Assembly (NCBI RefSeq): GCF_006345805.1
Contig: NC_043001.1
Coordinates: 123,008,001-123,072,000 of the forward strand
DNA: 64,000 nt
From: Octopus sinensis
Taxonomy: Eukaryota
Direction: 5' to 3'
The number at the start of each line of letters is the position of its first letter. The first letter of the stretch is position 1. The notes under the pieces were generated by a model. That model was not told the origin of the DNA and did no database searches. It was given only the letters and a program-made list of their open reading frames with translations. Below, one piece after another: positions 11,654 to 25,300 of the stretch. The translations under genes and the position numbers were made by a program.

Positions 11654-14193
11654 GCAAGTATGTGACCTTCGTGTATAAATGTAATAATATTCGGTAATTA
11701 GCAAAATACACGGTACCCGGTTTAACATGACAACCTGGTATCTTGGATAATTTCAGCTGAGTTTACTTTTTTGCAGGCTTTCGGATTAAATTTCCTTGTT
11801 CCACCCTCACCTACATTTTGTCTGCACTCTTTCAGGTTTGGTTTTGGCCCCTTTAAGCTTATATATCTAGGGAAGCTTGTAAAGGTCATGTTCACGAACT
11901 TATAAACAAAGAAAAAATTTTTATATTTGAGAACAAACGGCCCGACCTCACAGTAAATCTCATATCTAGTTTTAATCTTGTTTCCATTGAATATATTTTG
12001 TATTATTTTCAGCATCGAAAAAATTGTATATATACGTGTTATTTCTATTTCATATTACTCATATTCATTGTGTACAAGTTACATGTCGAGGAAATAAAAT
12101 CTGGCAAATATTATAGTCTACTCGGTCATAAATTATTTCAGCCGATAGCTTGGGGTCCCCCTGTTTTAAGTTTATTTCAGAACTTGGTTTCAAAATGTTG
12201 GCGGTGTTGGGTCAGCCCTTACGTCTACAAGGCTGAGGGGACAACACCGCAAATGTGGTTTCTGGTGCTGCTGTCAAAATAAATTATTAGCTATGTCCCG
12301 TATATTTAATAATCATTTGTACAGAGTGATAAGAAGAAAAGACATCATACATGTATGCATGATATATAGTCAGTGAGAAGTAAACTATGTTGTCATTTTG
12401 TCACGTAAAGGATATCTTATTATTGTACTACTAGCGAACAGTGGTCCCGGTGCACGCACTCGCGCATCCGCGCTAGCTAGTCGTAAGTAGTCGATCCTAC
12501 AACGACTTGCGCGTATGTTTGTATTTCAAGGCTGAATACAAGATCGCCTATTAGTTTTATAAACAAACTAAGGTTAGGGTTAGGTTTAGGGTTAAAAAGT
12601 CGTTGTAGGATCGACTAACTAGCGCGAGTGCACGCACCGGGACCACTGTTCGCTAGTAGTACCTCCTATTATTTAGTTTTAAGTATTAATAAAATCCATG
12701 TATTTACGTATATGTCACCAGTCGGAGATGAGGAAGTAATTTTCGGCAAGGTAGCAACTTATCCTTACATCTTCTTATATCGAGAAGAGCGATTATCTCA
12801 TATTGAATGTGAAGGTTGATGTTTGCGGTTTATATACTGCGACCTATATTTTTCAGGGTCGAAAGAACTCGTGTATCGTGTCTTTGAAATACGATTTCCG
12901 GTGTACCGGTGGAATTTGATGAATATGGTTCTGTGATTTGGGTTGAGTCTTCGTTGAAATCATGTTATTCGATATTAAAGTTCTTGTTTCCCTGTTTTCG
13001 TAGAGGTCATATCTAAGTATTAAGATATTTCGTAGAAGTCATATCTAAGTATTAAGATATTACGGAACGTTGATAGGTAGTGGTCACCCATACTAAAAGT
13101 CAATATGAAAATTAAGCTTATTGATTTCTTTTAATGAAGTGTTATATCGGGGAAAGTTAGGCGAGTTTCGTTTAGCGTTAGAACGGGTCTCCTCGAGAAG
13201 ATCGATGAACAAGGCGTTTGGACATGGCAGTCAGGTTTTTTTTTTTTTTTTTTATCATACACTGTAGGATAACATACATACACACAAAGATCACACACAC
13301 ACATATCTGTGTGATCTTTGTGTGTGTATGTGTTATCCTACAGTGATTCTCTGGATCATCTCTGATGAAACCAATACTCATCCTAGGTTAAGAAATGTTC
13401 AAGAAAACCAGCTGGATCTGTCTGAAACAGTGTCACATTTTCCTGTGATGTGATCAGCCTGGTGTGCTTTTGAAGACATGGCACCCACCAAGCAGAAACC
13501 TTCCTCATGCCAAGTTCATTGTGCAGAATATTATCACTTCTTTCATGGGGTATGCTCTTTCATGACTATTTGATTTTATAATCAATTGTCTGTCATCTAT
13601 CCCCATGTGGTGAACATGATCGAGGTTTCCCTTGGTGGTGACAGTTGCAGGATGTCCAGACATTCGGTCATCTTCAAGACTTACCCTTCTCCTAAATTCA
13701 GCTGCTCACTTTTGCACTGTTGAGAAAACTGGAGCATCATTCCCTAACATTGCAAAAATGTTAGCATGATTGTTATTGAGGGGCTAAACCCTTTTCTGCA
13801 GGTATTTCATAACAGCATGATGCCAAATTTTATCCATTTTCAAGAGGTGTCACTACTAGTTACTAATTACATTTGAAGTCGTCTTTGAACAGTCTACCTA
13901 GAAAGAAACCCTGCAGTTATTAATAAGAAGGGTTGAAATTAATGCATACAAGATTTCACGGCTCTAGCATCACTCCTTCTTAGTCAGCCTATGAACTTTC
14001 CTGACAACCCTCGTGTGTGTGTGTTTATGGTGGTGTGTTTATGTCCCCGTAACTTAGTAGTTTGGCATAAGAGACCGATAGAATAAGTACTAGGCTTACA
14101 AAGAATAAGTCCTGAGGTCGATTTCCTCGACTACAGTTGGTGCTCCAGCATGGCTGCAGTTAAATGACTGAAACAAGGAAAAGAGTAAAAAGA

Positions 14194-14231
<38 letters not shown>

Positions 14232-15093
14232 TTAATTCAAACATGAAAATACAAAGAGAAAACACAACAACGCGAGGACGTGGAACAAATAAAGTATTAT
14301 TGGACGCTCAGGAAGGAAGGGAAGAAGGAGGGTTTAACGTTTCGAGCGGAGCTCTTCATCAGAAACATAGGAAAAGGAAAGATCCAGAGAAGGGAAGACG
14401 GAGGGAAAAAAATCGCCAACGGTACACACGCGGTCATGAGGGGGTAACCAAAAGAAACCGAAAGTTTGCAATATTTTGTTCCCCTAGATTTACGTGTTTA
14501 CACTTTTATCGCCTTCAAAGTATTCTCCATTTGAAGCAATGCATTGATCCAGATGTATTTTTCCACTGTTCAAAGCAGTGATGGAACTCTTTTGAAGTGA
14601 TGCCTTTTAATGCCTCCATTGTTTTTTTCTTCACCTCTTCCACATCGAAAAAAGGCCTGGATCAACTTTTCAACTGTTCTTTCAGTTCACAACACACATT
14701 CAGTCGTGACTGCTTTTGATCTTTCATGAGCAAGTGAGGCACAAATTTTGCTGTAACTTTATTCATTCACAATCCTTCACTCAAACCTCGTTAGCAGGAG
14801 CTCCAGCACACATCAGCCATATCAACACATTCTCCAATTTTTCAGCGACTGTCTTTCAGATCAAATCATGAATTTTCATTGTTTTTATTCATTCAGGAGG
14901 TCGACCATCGCCCTGAATGAAGTTGGTCCTCAAGTGACAAATGACCATTTCTAAAGCATAAAAACCACTCATAAACTTTGTTTTGCTTGTGCCTGAGGGT
15001 TATATTAAGTGGCTTCTAGTGGTGAATGCTTGAACTACAATGGGCTTGTCCCACAGAGAATGTTTCTGGTTACTTTTGGGCACCCCGTCATAC

Positions 15094-15143
<50 letters not shown>

Positions 15144-18100
15144 TATGGAGATGTACCTGCATAGCAAGTGATCTAATCTGAGATCGTGTGCTGGAATGAA
15201 AACAATAGCAGCCTGGAAAGTGTTTATAAGCCATTTAAGAAACACACAAAAACTGTTAGATTCGTTTCAACATTAAATTTATCAAAATATTTTTGTTGCT
15301 TTGAGACCGTGACATGTTCACTGACAAAATTCGGTGCTGCACAGAATTTTGTCAGTGAACAGGTCATGGTCTCAAAGCGACAAAAATATTTTGATAAATT
15401 AAATTTAAATGTTGAAGTGAATCTAACGGTTTTTGTGTGTTTCTTAAATGGCTTATAAACACCTTCAAAGCTGGCCTCCGTGCCAATGGCACATAAAAAG
15501 CACCATTCGACCGTGATCGTTACCTGCATCACCTTACTGGCACCTGAAAAAACATTCGAGCGAGGTCATTGCTGGTGCCGCTAGACTGGCCCCTGTGCAG
15601 GTGGCATGTAAAAAACACTACTTGAGCGTAACCGTTACCTGTACCACCTAACTGGCCCTTGTGCTGGTGGCACGTAAAAGCACCCGCTACATTCTTGGAG
15701 TGGTTGGCATTAGGAAGGGCATCCAGCTGTAGAAACTCCCAGATCAGATTGGAGTCTGGTGCAGCCATCTGGTTCTCCAGTCCTCAGTCAAATTGTCCAA
15801 CCCACGTTAGCATGGAAAGCGGATGTTAAACGATAATGATGATGATATATGGTTAGATAGATAGATAGATATCCTTATCATCACCATTTTGACATCCACT
15901 TTTCTCTGTTTGTGTAGTTTGGATAGAGTTTTTTTACAGCCAGATACGTTTGCTGTTGCCAACCCTCACCTGTTTCCAAGTTAGGTAATATTTCCCATGG
16001 CCAGGAGGTACACACACACATAAACGAGGGAGTTCTTTCAATTTCCATGTACCCAGTCCACTCAAAAGGCTTTGCCCAACCTAGAGCTGATGTAGAAGGC
16101 ACTTGCTCAAGATGTCATGCAGTGGGATTGAACCCAAAACCATGCATTTGGGAAGCAAACTTCTTACCACACAGCCATGCCTGTTCATGTGCATCCACAC
16201 ATACACACACACAAGTAAATGGCAGAATTTGTAGAGCATCAGACACAATATATTATGATATTTAGTTGTGTTCTGAGTTACTTGTTAACATTTTTACCGT
16301 CTTTTATTTTCAGCCGACTTATTGCAATTGTTAAATACATTTTATCAGAAGCCTGAAATCCGAGCTCTTGCTGCTGAGAAGGGATTAGACAGTAAGTATT
16401 CGTCTTTCTTTTTAACTACATTTTCATCATCATCATCATCGTTTAATGTCCGCTTTCCATGCTAGCATGGGTTGGACGATTTGACTGAGGACTGGCGAAC
16501 CAGATGGCTGCACCAGGCTCCAATCTTGATCTGGCAGAGTTTCTACAGCTGGATGCCCTTCCAAACGCCAACAAATCCAAGAGTGTAGGGAGTGCTTTTA
16601 CGTGCCATTGGCATGAGTGCCAGTCAGGCGGTACTGGCAACAGCCACAAAAAAATCTTTTTTTTTTATTTTACGTGTCACCTGCACACCGTCACAAGTGC
16701 CAGTAAGACGACACTGGTAATGATCACGCTCGATTGGTGGCTTTTAAGTGCCACCGGCACATGAAATAAACATCAGAGATGCTTTGCCCCACACTGAAGC
16801 TGCAGGAATTACTCAGAGATTTTGCATGTTCTAAATTCATTGCAATGCTGGTAACACTTTTGTGTTGTCAGGAGGTGTCTCTGAGCCATGTGCCTGTGAA
16901 GGCACAAGACTCAGTGTTTAGCGCATTGGGATCACATTCCGGGGGTAGTGAAATCAATTCCCAGACCAGGCTGTGTGTTGTATTTTTGAGCAAGACACTT
17001 TATTTCACGTTGCTCCAGTTCACTCACCTGTAGAAATGAGTTGTGATGTCATTAGTGCCAAACTGTATCGGCTGGTAGTGGGGAGAAGTTACAGTTCTTC
17101 CTTGTTGCAAAAATGTATAATGGAAAAGCCTCCTGTTGCAAAAATGAATAATGAATAACCCCCTTTGTTGACCACCATACAGTGACCATCAACGTTTTAA
17201 GGGTGCAATGATGGTTTTGCGTAGTGGTTTGGTGACTCTCCTGCTTCTAACCACTGTCCTGTCCTCCTGCTGTTATCAAAGAGTATCCATTTCTCATCAC
17301 ACGAAATGAGTTGATACAAAAACGGTTCCCTTTCCAACCGGAAAATCAACATGGAACACACTGTAAGGCATCTGTTTCTTTGAGTCTCATGAAGTTGATG
17401 GGGAACAAACCTATCCATCTTTTTGACTTTTCCAATTTTCTTCAAGCATCAAAAAGCAGTTGTTGATGATGTCTGGAGCTCTGATCCAATTTCTCGGACA
17501 GTTGTTTCTCACATTTTGGTCTCCCTCTTGATTCATTTTTAAGGCTTTCATTTCCTGAATGAAATCTTTGGAACCATCTCTGAACAGTTCTAATGTCAAC
17601 AGAATCATTGCCAAAAGAAGGCGGCAAGCTGGCAGAAATGTTAGCACGCCGGGCGAAATTCTTAGTGGTATTTCGTCTGCTGCTAAGTTCTGAGTTCAAA
17701 TTCTGCCATGGTTGACTTTGCCTTTCATCCTTTCGGGGTCGATTAAATAAGTACCAGTTACGCACTGGGATTGATGTAATCGACTTAATCCGTTTGTCTG
17801 TCCTTGTTTGTCCTCTCTGTGTTTAGCCCCTTGTGGGTAATAAAGAAATAGGTATTTCGTCTGCTGCTACGTTCTGAGTTCAAATTCTGCCAAGGTTGAC
17901 TTTGCCTTTCATCCTTTTGGGGTCGATTAAATAAGTACCAGTTATGCACTGGGGCCGATGTAATCGACTTAATCCGTTTGTCTGTCCTTGTTTGTCCCCT
18001 CTGTGTGTAGCCCCTTGTGGGCAGTAAAGAAATAAGAATCATTGCCAAAAGCCCACTTGATGTTTTGTAGAGCTTCAGTGGCAGAGTGACCCAACTTGTC

Positions 18101-18509
18101 GTACAAGAAAATCACTCTGTATTGTTCAGTTATCAACATTGTCATAAGAGCTGTGGGTTGCAATTCTGAATAATAGTATTGCCTAGAAAGGAAAAGAGTT
18201 AAGCATATACATAGAAACTCATTAAAAATCCATTTAAAATATGACATTTCATGTGAGACAATCTAATAATTGTTTAATTATTTAATTGATTACTCTTTTA
18301 CTTGTTTCAGTCATTTGATCGTGGCCATGCTGGAGCACCACCTTTAGTCGAGCAAATCGACCCCAGGACTTATTCTTTATAAGCCTAGTACTTATCTACT
18401 TATTCTATCGGTCTCTTTTGCCGAACTGCTAAGTTACGGGGGACGTTAAACACACCAACATCAGTCGTTGAGCGATGTTGGGGGGACAAGCACAGATACA
18501 CAAACATAT

Positions 18510-18553
<44 letters not shown>

Positions 18554-21500
18554 TATATCATCATCGTCATCATCATCATTTAACGTCCGTTTTTCCATGC
18601 TAGCATGGGTTGGACGATTCGACCGGGGTCTGGTAAGCCATGGAGTCTGCTCCAGTCTGGTTTGGCAGTGTTTCTACGGAAAGGCATCCAGTTGTAGAAA
18701 CACTGCCAAACCAGACTGGAGCCTGATGCAGCCTCCATGGCTTACCAGACCCCGGTCGAACCGTCCAACCCATGCTAGCATGGAATACAGGTGTTAATGA
18801 TGATGATGATATATATATATATATATATATACATACATACATACATACATATGTACAACGGGCTTCTTTCAGTTTCCATCTACCAAATCCACTCATGAGG
18901 CTTTGGTCTGCCCAAGGCTATAGTAGAAGACACTTGCCTAAGGTGCCACACAGTGGGACTGAACCTGAAACTGTGTAGTTCGTAAGCAAGCTACTTACCA
19001 CACAGCCACTCTTATACCTAGGTAAATAAAAAGTTTTCTATTGATGGCATGAACCTGCCAAAACACAAAAACATGATTTATCAATTTGCTTTCACATACA
19101 ATAAGAACCTTGCAAAACAAAAATAATAATAGGCGCAGGAGTGGCTGTGTGGTAAGTAGCTTGCTAACCAACCACATGGTTCCGGGTTCAGTCCCACTGT
19201 GTGGCATCTTGGGCAAGTGTCTTCTGCTATAGCCCCGGGCCGACCAATGCCTTGTGAGTGGATTTGGTAGACGGAAACTGAAAGAAGCCCGTCGTATATA
19301 TGTATGTATATATATATATGTGTGTGTGTGTACGTGTTGTATGTCTGTGTTTGTCCCCCTAGCATTGCTTGACAACCGATGCTGGTGTGTTTACGTCCCC
19401 GTCACTTAGCGGTTCGGCAAAAGAGACCGATAGAATAAGTACTGGGCTTACAAAGAATAAGTCCCGGGGTCGATTTGCTCGACTAAAGGCGGTGCTCCAG
19501 CATGGCCGCAGTCAAATGACTGAAACAAGTAAAAGAGTAAAAGAGAGAATAATAAAAAATATTGATTTTTCATTTTAATCTTTCTCATTTTAGGAAAACT
19601 TTTCCATGAAGCTTACATCAGTTTCCGACAGTTTTGTTCGGTGCTTCAAAACTTGAATGCAGACCTTTACATCATTATGAATGACATCATTCATGGCGCA
19701 GGTATCTCATTAATTTTCTTACGTCTAGCCCAGGCCTGCGCAAAACTAATTTTATGTGCAATTCCATTGTCTCCCGAGACGAAAGGATGCCAACAACAAC
19801 AATATCATAATGGTCATTGATGTTGTTATGAGTGTTAATCATCATCATCATCATCATCATCGTTTAGCGTCCGCTTTCCATGCTAGCATGGTTGGACGTT
19901 CAACTGGGGTCTGGAAAGCCAGAAGGCTGCACCAGACTCCAGTCTGATCTGGCAGTGTTTCTACAGCTGGATGCCCTTCCTAATGCCAACCACTCCGTGT
20001 GTGTAATGGGTGCTTTTTACGTGCCACTGGCACATGTGCCAGATGAGGCTGGCAAATGGCCATGATCGGATGGTGCTTTTTACGTGCCACCGGCATGGAG
20101 GCCAGGTGAGGCTGGCAGCGGCCACGATTGGATGGTGCTTTTTACATGCCACCGGCACAGAAGCCAGACGAGGCTGGCAACGGCCACGATCGGATGGTGC
20201 TTTTTACGTGCCACCAGCACGGAGTTCTATGGTGATTAATTATGCTATGGCATAAGCCATAGCATAATTAGCATATCATTATAGTTCTGAGATAAAGAAA
20301 TTTGCTCTCCCAACCATATGGTTTTGGATTCAGTTGCATGGTGTGGCATCTTGGATATGGCTCCGGACCCAAAGACTAATAATTAGATTTTGTACATGGT
20401 GTGTGTGGTGGGGTTTTCTCTGTCTTGACATTTTATGATAGTTATAAATGACTGTCACCATGCTCCATTTGTGATCATCTGTGAAAGCATGTCTAGCTAT
20501 GGTGAAACATTACCTTGTTAGGAAATGGGTGAGGATTAGCAACAGGAAGGGCATCTGGCCATAGAAAATCTGCTGCTACTGTTTGACATTGAGGTTTATT
20601 ATTGGCATTATGACTATTGATATCATTGTAGGCTTTTTTTTTATTATTCTAATTAATATCAGTTCATTGTGTGTTTCTTAATTTCAGGTCACGTTAACGA
20701 TATCTTCCCATATTTCCTGCAACATGCTCGAGAAGTGTTCCCGCATCTTGTTTGCATGGACGATCTGAAAAAAATCAGTGATCTCAGGCTACCAGCCAAC
20801 TGGTATGTTTACATTGGATAAAATAGATTTGTGTGATGAACCATTGTCTGTATGTCTATCAGCTTGTCTATCTGTCTGTATGTCTATCTGTTTACATTCA
20901 TATCCATTTGCCTACATACATGTGCATATACGTATACATATACACACACACACACATCTACATAACAGTCCACTAACTATTCTACCTGTATATAAATATA
21001 AACTGTAGGTATGGGGGTATGATTACCTACTACGTATCTGTTTTCCATGCTGGAATGTGTTGGATGGCTTGATAGGAACTGGCAAAGCTAGGGACCAAAC
21101 CAGGTGTCATAGTCTGTTTTGGCAAGGTTTCTATGGCTAGATGACCCTCCTAGCATCAACCACTTTACAAAGTGTACTGGGTGCTTTTTATGTGGCCCCA
21201 AGACTCACACTAGTGCTTTTTACATGAACCTTGGTTTTAGGATCTCAATTCTATTGTGGAGGGTTAGTCTTCTTGGGTACAGCATTACACCACATTTCTC
21301 AGTCATCTGTCATCTTTATAGGGCTCCGTGTTTTGAGATCACCCATCAGTACTTCGTCCTATGCCTTCCTGGGTCTTCCATCGCTGCAACCCTCCTCCAC
21401 TTTAACTGATCATCACTTCTTTATGCAACTTTCCTCATCCATCCACATCACCTGAGCAAACCTGTGGTGTCTTCTCTCTTGCACACTGCATAGAATTTTT

Positions 21501-22355
21501 TTTATGCCCAACTTCTTTCTCAATACACCAGTGCTCTGTCACACACGCAGACTGACATTGCACATCCAGCAGGCCATACCGGTTTCATTCCTCTCTAGCC
21601 AATGCATGTCCACTGCATTCAGAGCCCATTTCTCACTGCCATGCAGCATTGCAGTTTGTATATATGCACCATACCATCTTCTCTTAACTCGGAGAGAGAG
21701 AGAGACCTTTGGTTGTCTACAGAGGTAAAATTTCTCTAAAGATATATATATATATATATATCTGGTGCCATATAAAAAGTATCCAGTCCACACTGTAAAA
21801 TGGTTGGCATTTGGAAGGGCATCCAGCTGTAAAAACCTTGCCAAAACTGACTTTGCCTGTGCTTGTGCCACATACAAAGCACTCAGTCCATTCTGCTTGG
21901 TGGTTGGTATCAGGAAGGGCATCCAACTGTAAAAAGCCTGCCAAAACAGACACAAAAGTTGGTGCAGGCCTCTCCTGGCCAGCTCCTGTCAAACTGTCAA
22001 ACCCATATATATATATATATATATATATATTTCGTTTTGGGATTTGGTTTGCAAGATTCTTTATATGAGTTTGTGTGTTGAAGCATATTCTGTTGTGTCT
22101 GGGGAGAGTCATTTTCTTTTTGTGCCTTATAATATAACACACTCACCAGTAAAATTTCCACTTTTTTCTTTTCTTTTTTTTTTTCTAAAATAAAACTATT
22201 GAAAATAAAACTATTGAAAATTTTAAGAAAAAAAAAGATAAGAAAAAAGTGGAAATTTTACCAATCAGTGTGTTATATTATAAGGCACAAAAAGAAAATG
22301 ACTCTCCCCAGACACAACAGTATATATATATATATATTTTTTTTTTTTTTCAAAA

Positions 22356-22386
<31 letters not shown>

Positions 22387-25300
22387 GATTAATCCCTTAT
22401 CTTTGTTTCTCATTTCAATGGTGAAGGTACCCAGAGGCAAGAGCTATTCAGCGTAAAATTATATTTCATGCTGGTCCCACAAACAGTGGTAAGACATATC
22501 ATGCACTACAAAGGTTTCTCACAGCGAAATCTGGGGTTTACTGTGGCCCCCTGAAACTCTTGGCTGTTGAAGTATTTCACAAAAGCAATAATGAGGTAAA
22601 TCGTCTTTTATATTCTTTAACTACACTCGGATATACTACATTCTCGGAGTGTTTGGTATTAGGAAGGGCATCCAGCTGTAGAAATTCTGCAAGATCAGAT
22701 TGGAGTCTGGTTCGCCGGACCTCAGTCAAATTGTCCAACCCATGCTAGCATGGAAAGCGGACGTTAAATGATGATGATGATGATGATTTCCAGGTGGAGA
22801 TGGTCCATATTATTCTGGCCTTTATCTGTTGACCTGTCCAGCATAGGAGGCCTACCAGGAGCTTGCACTCCACTGGCATTGCTCTCAGGGTCATCAAGGC
22901 ACACAAGCTGTCACAACACAGAAGATGTCACACTGCAGCTTGGACTGGACCTTGTGATGGATTAGCTTGCTGCACTGAGTTGTGGAGGTATAATGGCCCA
23001 GTGGTTAAGGCAGCGAACTTGCAGTCTTGGGATCGCGGTTTCGATTCCCAGATCGGGCATTGTGAGTGTTTATTGAGCAAAAACGCCTAAAGGTCTACAA
23101 GGCTCCGGCAGGGAGTGGTGGTGAACCCTGCTGTACTCTTTCACCACAACTTTCTCTCACTCTTTCTTTCTGTTTTGTGTACCTGTATTTCAAAGGGCCA
23201 GCTTTGTCACACTCTGTGTCATGCTGAATCTCCCCGAGAACTGCATTAAAGGTACACATGTTTGTGGAGTGCTCAGCCACTTGCACGTTAATTTCATGAG
23301 CAGGCTGTTCCATTGATCGGATCACCTGGAACTCTTGTTGTCGTAACCGACAGAGTGCCAACACACACTGAGTTGAAATATTCCTCTATCCATTTGGCAG
23401 GATGTATCATTGTTTGCCAAGTTCACTTGCTCTCTATGCTTTACACAAAAGTAGAAGTTTTTACAGGTATCCCAGTGAGTTGGCAACTTTGAAGACCCCC
23501 AGCACTCAATGTATTGAATTCCATTAATATTCCACTTTTGGAAACTTTCTCATTCTGTAGTTTGTACAAAAATTGCAGAACATCATCGTCATCATCATTG
23601 TTTAACATCCGCTTTCCATGCTAGCATGGGTTGGACGTATGACTGAGGGCTGGCGAACCAGATGGCTGCACCAGGCTTCAATCTTGATCTGGTAGATTTT
23701 CTACAGCTGGATGCCCTTCCTAACACCAACTACTCCGAGAGTGTAGTGGGTGCTTTTATGTGCCACCGGCACGGGGCTAGTCAGGGGGCACTGGCAATGA
23801 CCTTGCTCAAATCTTTTACACATGCCACCGGCACGGAGGCCAGATAGCCACTCTGGCAATGATCATGCTCGGATGGTGCTCTTAATACCCTACTAGCATG
23901 AGGCTCGAGTGCCAGTAGTGCGACGCTGGTAACAATCACGCTCGAATGTTGCCTTTTAAGTGTCACTGGCACGGAAGCCGGTTAGCCGCTCTGTCAATGA
24001 TCACACTCGTATGGTGCTCTTTGCACCCCACTAGTATGGACGCCAGTCATCGAATTTGATTCTGATTTTTGATTTCACTTGCCTCAACAGGTCTTCACAA
24101 GCAGAGTTTTAGTGTCTAAAGAAGGAAAGGTACGCATAAGTGGGCTGGTAATGCCCCTGGCATAGGCCACGAGATTATGGTCTCATTTGGCTTGCCAGGT
24201 CTTCTCATGCAACTTGTTCAAGTTGGTGTTGTAAAATTTTGCAGCCATAGCTGTGTGGTTAAGGAGCTTGCTTTCTAATCACATGGTTTCCAGTTCAGTT
24301 CCACTATGAGGCACTTGGACAGGTGTCTTCTACTGTATCTTTGCAACAACTAAAAACTAGTGAGTGGATTTGGGGGATGGAAACTAACTGAAAGAAGCCC
24401 ATTACATTTATATATGTGTGTGCGTTGTTATTTTGACACATTATGAGGAAGTTATAAATTAGTGTTACCATCACATAAGGTGGAGGCACATGGCCTAGTG
24501 GTTAGAGCAGTGAACTTGTGGTCGAGGGATCGCGGGTTCAAATCCCAGACTGGGTGATGTGTGTGTTTATGAGCGAAACACCTACACTCCACATGGCTCC
24601 GGCTGAAGGTAATGGCGATCTTCTGCTGACTCTTTCGCCACAACTACCTCTCACTCTTTCCTCCTGCATCTTGCAGCTCACCTGTGACGTCCTGTCTAGG
24701 TGGGGAACCTATATGCCAAGGAAACCAGGAAACCGGCCCTCATGAGCCAGGTGTGGCTCGAGAAGGAACAAACAACCATCACATAAGCAATGTTTACCAT
24801 TTCCAATCTTTCATGCAAACATGTCAGAAATATTATCTTCCTTGGAAACAAATAAGCATTTACCACAGAAAGGGTATCTGCCTTAACAAATTCTTTCTGA
24901 CCCATGCAAGCATGGAAAAGCAAGCATTAAAATGTTGTTATTGTTGTTTGCTTAACCCTTTCGTTACCGTATTTATTTTGAGATGCTCTGTGTTTCTTTC
25001 AGTTAATTTTAAATATAACAAATAATTTAGTAAAATAACTTAGTTGTCATTAACCTAGTGTTGGGAACAGAAATTCTGACTAAGGTTTGGTGGAAGATTT
25101 TAATTCAAAACTTATGGAAACAAGACATTTGTACTTACAGAGCCAGAGGCGGTTTTGGCCGGGTTGGTATCAAAAGGGTTAAGCAAGATGGAGTTATGCC
25201 CATAGCATTTACAAACCTTTCTAGACTGGAGAGTACAAGTAATTGATTGAGTTTAGTGCTTATTGTTCTTATTTGATCTGTTCTGGTTTATCTAAATGTT

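Noticed and set aside
11658-11663. Canonical GT donor as the main SUV3 exon 1 boundary
   Set aside because: It is the wrong phase for exon 2 and leads to a premature TGA.
12570-12597. Telomeric TTAGGG repeats (also TAACCC at 10895-10915)
   Set aside because: Only 2-4 imperfect units, internal to MITEs.
19990-20225. CRISPR-like arrays of palindromic GTGCCACCGGCAC repeats (also 31410-31990, 36080-36330, 42026-42211)
   Set aside because: The DNA is eukaryotic, there are no cas genes, the spacers are homologous to each other, and the arrays lie inside a retroelement.
24481-24555. tRNA genes (also 22984, 19132, 53535)
   Set aside because: A and B boxes are present but the cloverleaf is imperfect and each runs into a conserved SINE body.
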